Source of the DNA: Octopus bimaculoides
Lineage: Eukaryota
Direction: 5' to 3'
DNA: 64,000 bases
Assembly: GCF_001194135.2 (NCBI RefSeq)
Contig: NC_068985.1
Location: forward strand, 95,814,330 to 95,878,329
The translations under genes and the position numbers were made by a program. Positions 62,863 to 64,000 of this stretch are shown here, piece after piece. Each line of letters begins with the position of its first letter. Positions within the stretch are counted from its first letter, which is position 1. Below the pieces are notes generated by a model. It was not told where the DNA came from, made no database searches, and saw only the letters and a list, made by a program, of their open reading frames with translations.

Positions 62863-64000
62863 TGCAACCATCCATCTATATATTCTTTTACTTCATTCAG
62901 TCACTTGACTGCGGCCATGATGGAGCACCACCTTAAAGGGTTTCAATCGAAGAAATTGACTGTAGGACTTATTCTTTGTAAGCCTATTACTTATCGGTCC
63001 CTTTTGTTGAACCGTTAAGTTATGAGGAGGTAAACAAACCAGCACGGATTGTTAAGTGATGGCAAGGGGGCAAACACAACGATTTTCTTTGAGTTCCCAT
63101 CTACGAAATCCACTGACAAGGTTTTGGTTGGCCTGAGGCTATAGTAGAAGACACTTGTCCAAGGTGCTATGCAGGAGGACTGAACCCTGAACCATGTGGT
63201 TGGGAAGCAAGCTTTTTTACCACACAGCCACGTCTATATCTATTTGAAATTCATACTGCACCTAGGCTGACAGGACTACATTACACTAAGTTCTGCTTAT
63301 TTTTATAAAGTTTTATAAAATAATATGGTGTGACAGAAAGGGGATTTAGCTGCTATTTCTAGCAGATCGAGCAACAACGTCTAACGTGGTCTCCTTTAGT
63401 GTTTTTCAACCTTTTTTAACCGTGGACCCTCCTGGTAATTCAATTTTATAAAAAATCTTATATTTTTCGAATTAAATATTATTAGAAATTGTATTTAAAA
63501 TATTTGTTGAAATATTTATTGTGCAGTAGAAGTATAACCAGTTTATTGCCGATAAATTCTGACCCTGTAGGAATTAGAAAAGGATAAACCTTTATTAAAA
63601 TATTTTGAAGTAATGTCAAAAGCATTTACTGTGACATGCCTTTATACTTTACACAAATACATATACACTCACTATACACACACCTACGCAAGTGTGTGTA
63701 AAAGTAGTCAGCTGAAACTTAAAAATGAAAGCAGGGAGGAGGAGAAAGAGAGACTAGGAAAGGGGGGGGAGCCTTGACCTAAAATCAGAGATTTAGGAAT
63801 GAAATTAATATATATGGAAGGAAGAGTTCTTCGCTGGCATAGGAACCACAGCTTGAAGTGGGTCAACTGCTTAGCCAAGATTTTTTAGAAAGACTAGATT
63901 GTGTTGCCTTCATTTTGCACATTTAATATTTTTATTTAAATTTAACCGATTGATTTTCTGGTACATTTCATACCAAAAATAGTAAAATGCTAATTGTTAC

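Overview
AT-rich (my estimate), repeat-dense eukaryotic scaffold with sized N gaps. The SINE, LINE and microsatellite content looks like an octopus (coleoid cephalopod) genome; this is recognition from memory, not a database result. One convincing protein-coding exon is present: a minus-strand first coding exon (61063-61498, ATG at 61333) of a claudin/PMP-22/EMP-like tetraspan membrane protein with extra CxC pairs in its first extracellular loop. No unambiguous downstream exon was found, so most of the window may be one very long, repeat-filled intron. On that same strand I find a near-perfect recursive-splice signature (polypyrimidine-AG|GTAAGT at 29005/29004, followed by an 87-nt poison exon), a 15-nt microexon candidate (24976-24990) and a 90-nt phase-compatible exon candidate (1341-1430). 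Three decayed minimal hammerhead-ribozyme motifs of the Penelope type are present; the best preserved (61700-61786) is sense to the gene, about 200 nt upstream of its coding exon. The rest is a layered transposon record: several modular tRNA-type SINE families, CR1, RTE and HERO LINE remnants, Tigger, Tc1/mariner, hAT and piggyBac-like elements with visible TIRs and TSDs, multi-level nesting, and three local direct repeats that each bracket a Tc1/mariner-superfamily element. Most ORF-track entries are spurious (gaps, microsatellites, SINEs). Repeat boundaries are approximate (about +/-10-20 nt) unless TIR/TSD coordinates are given.
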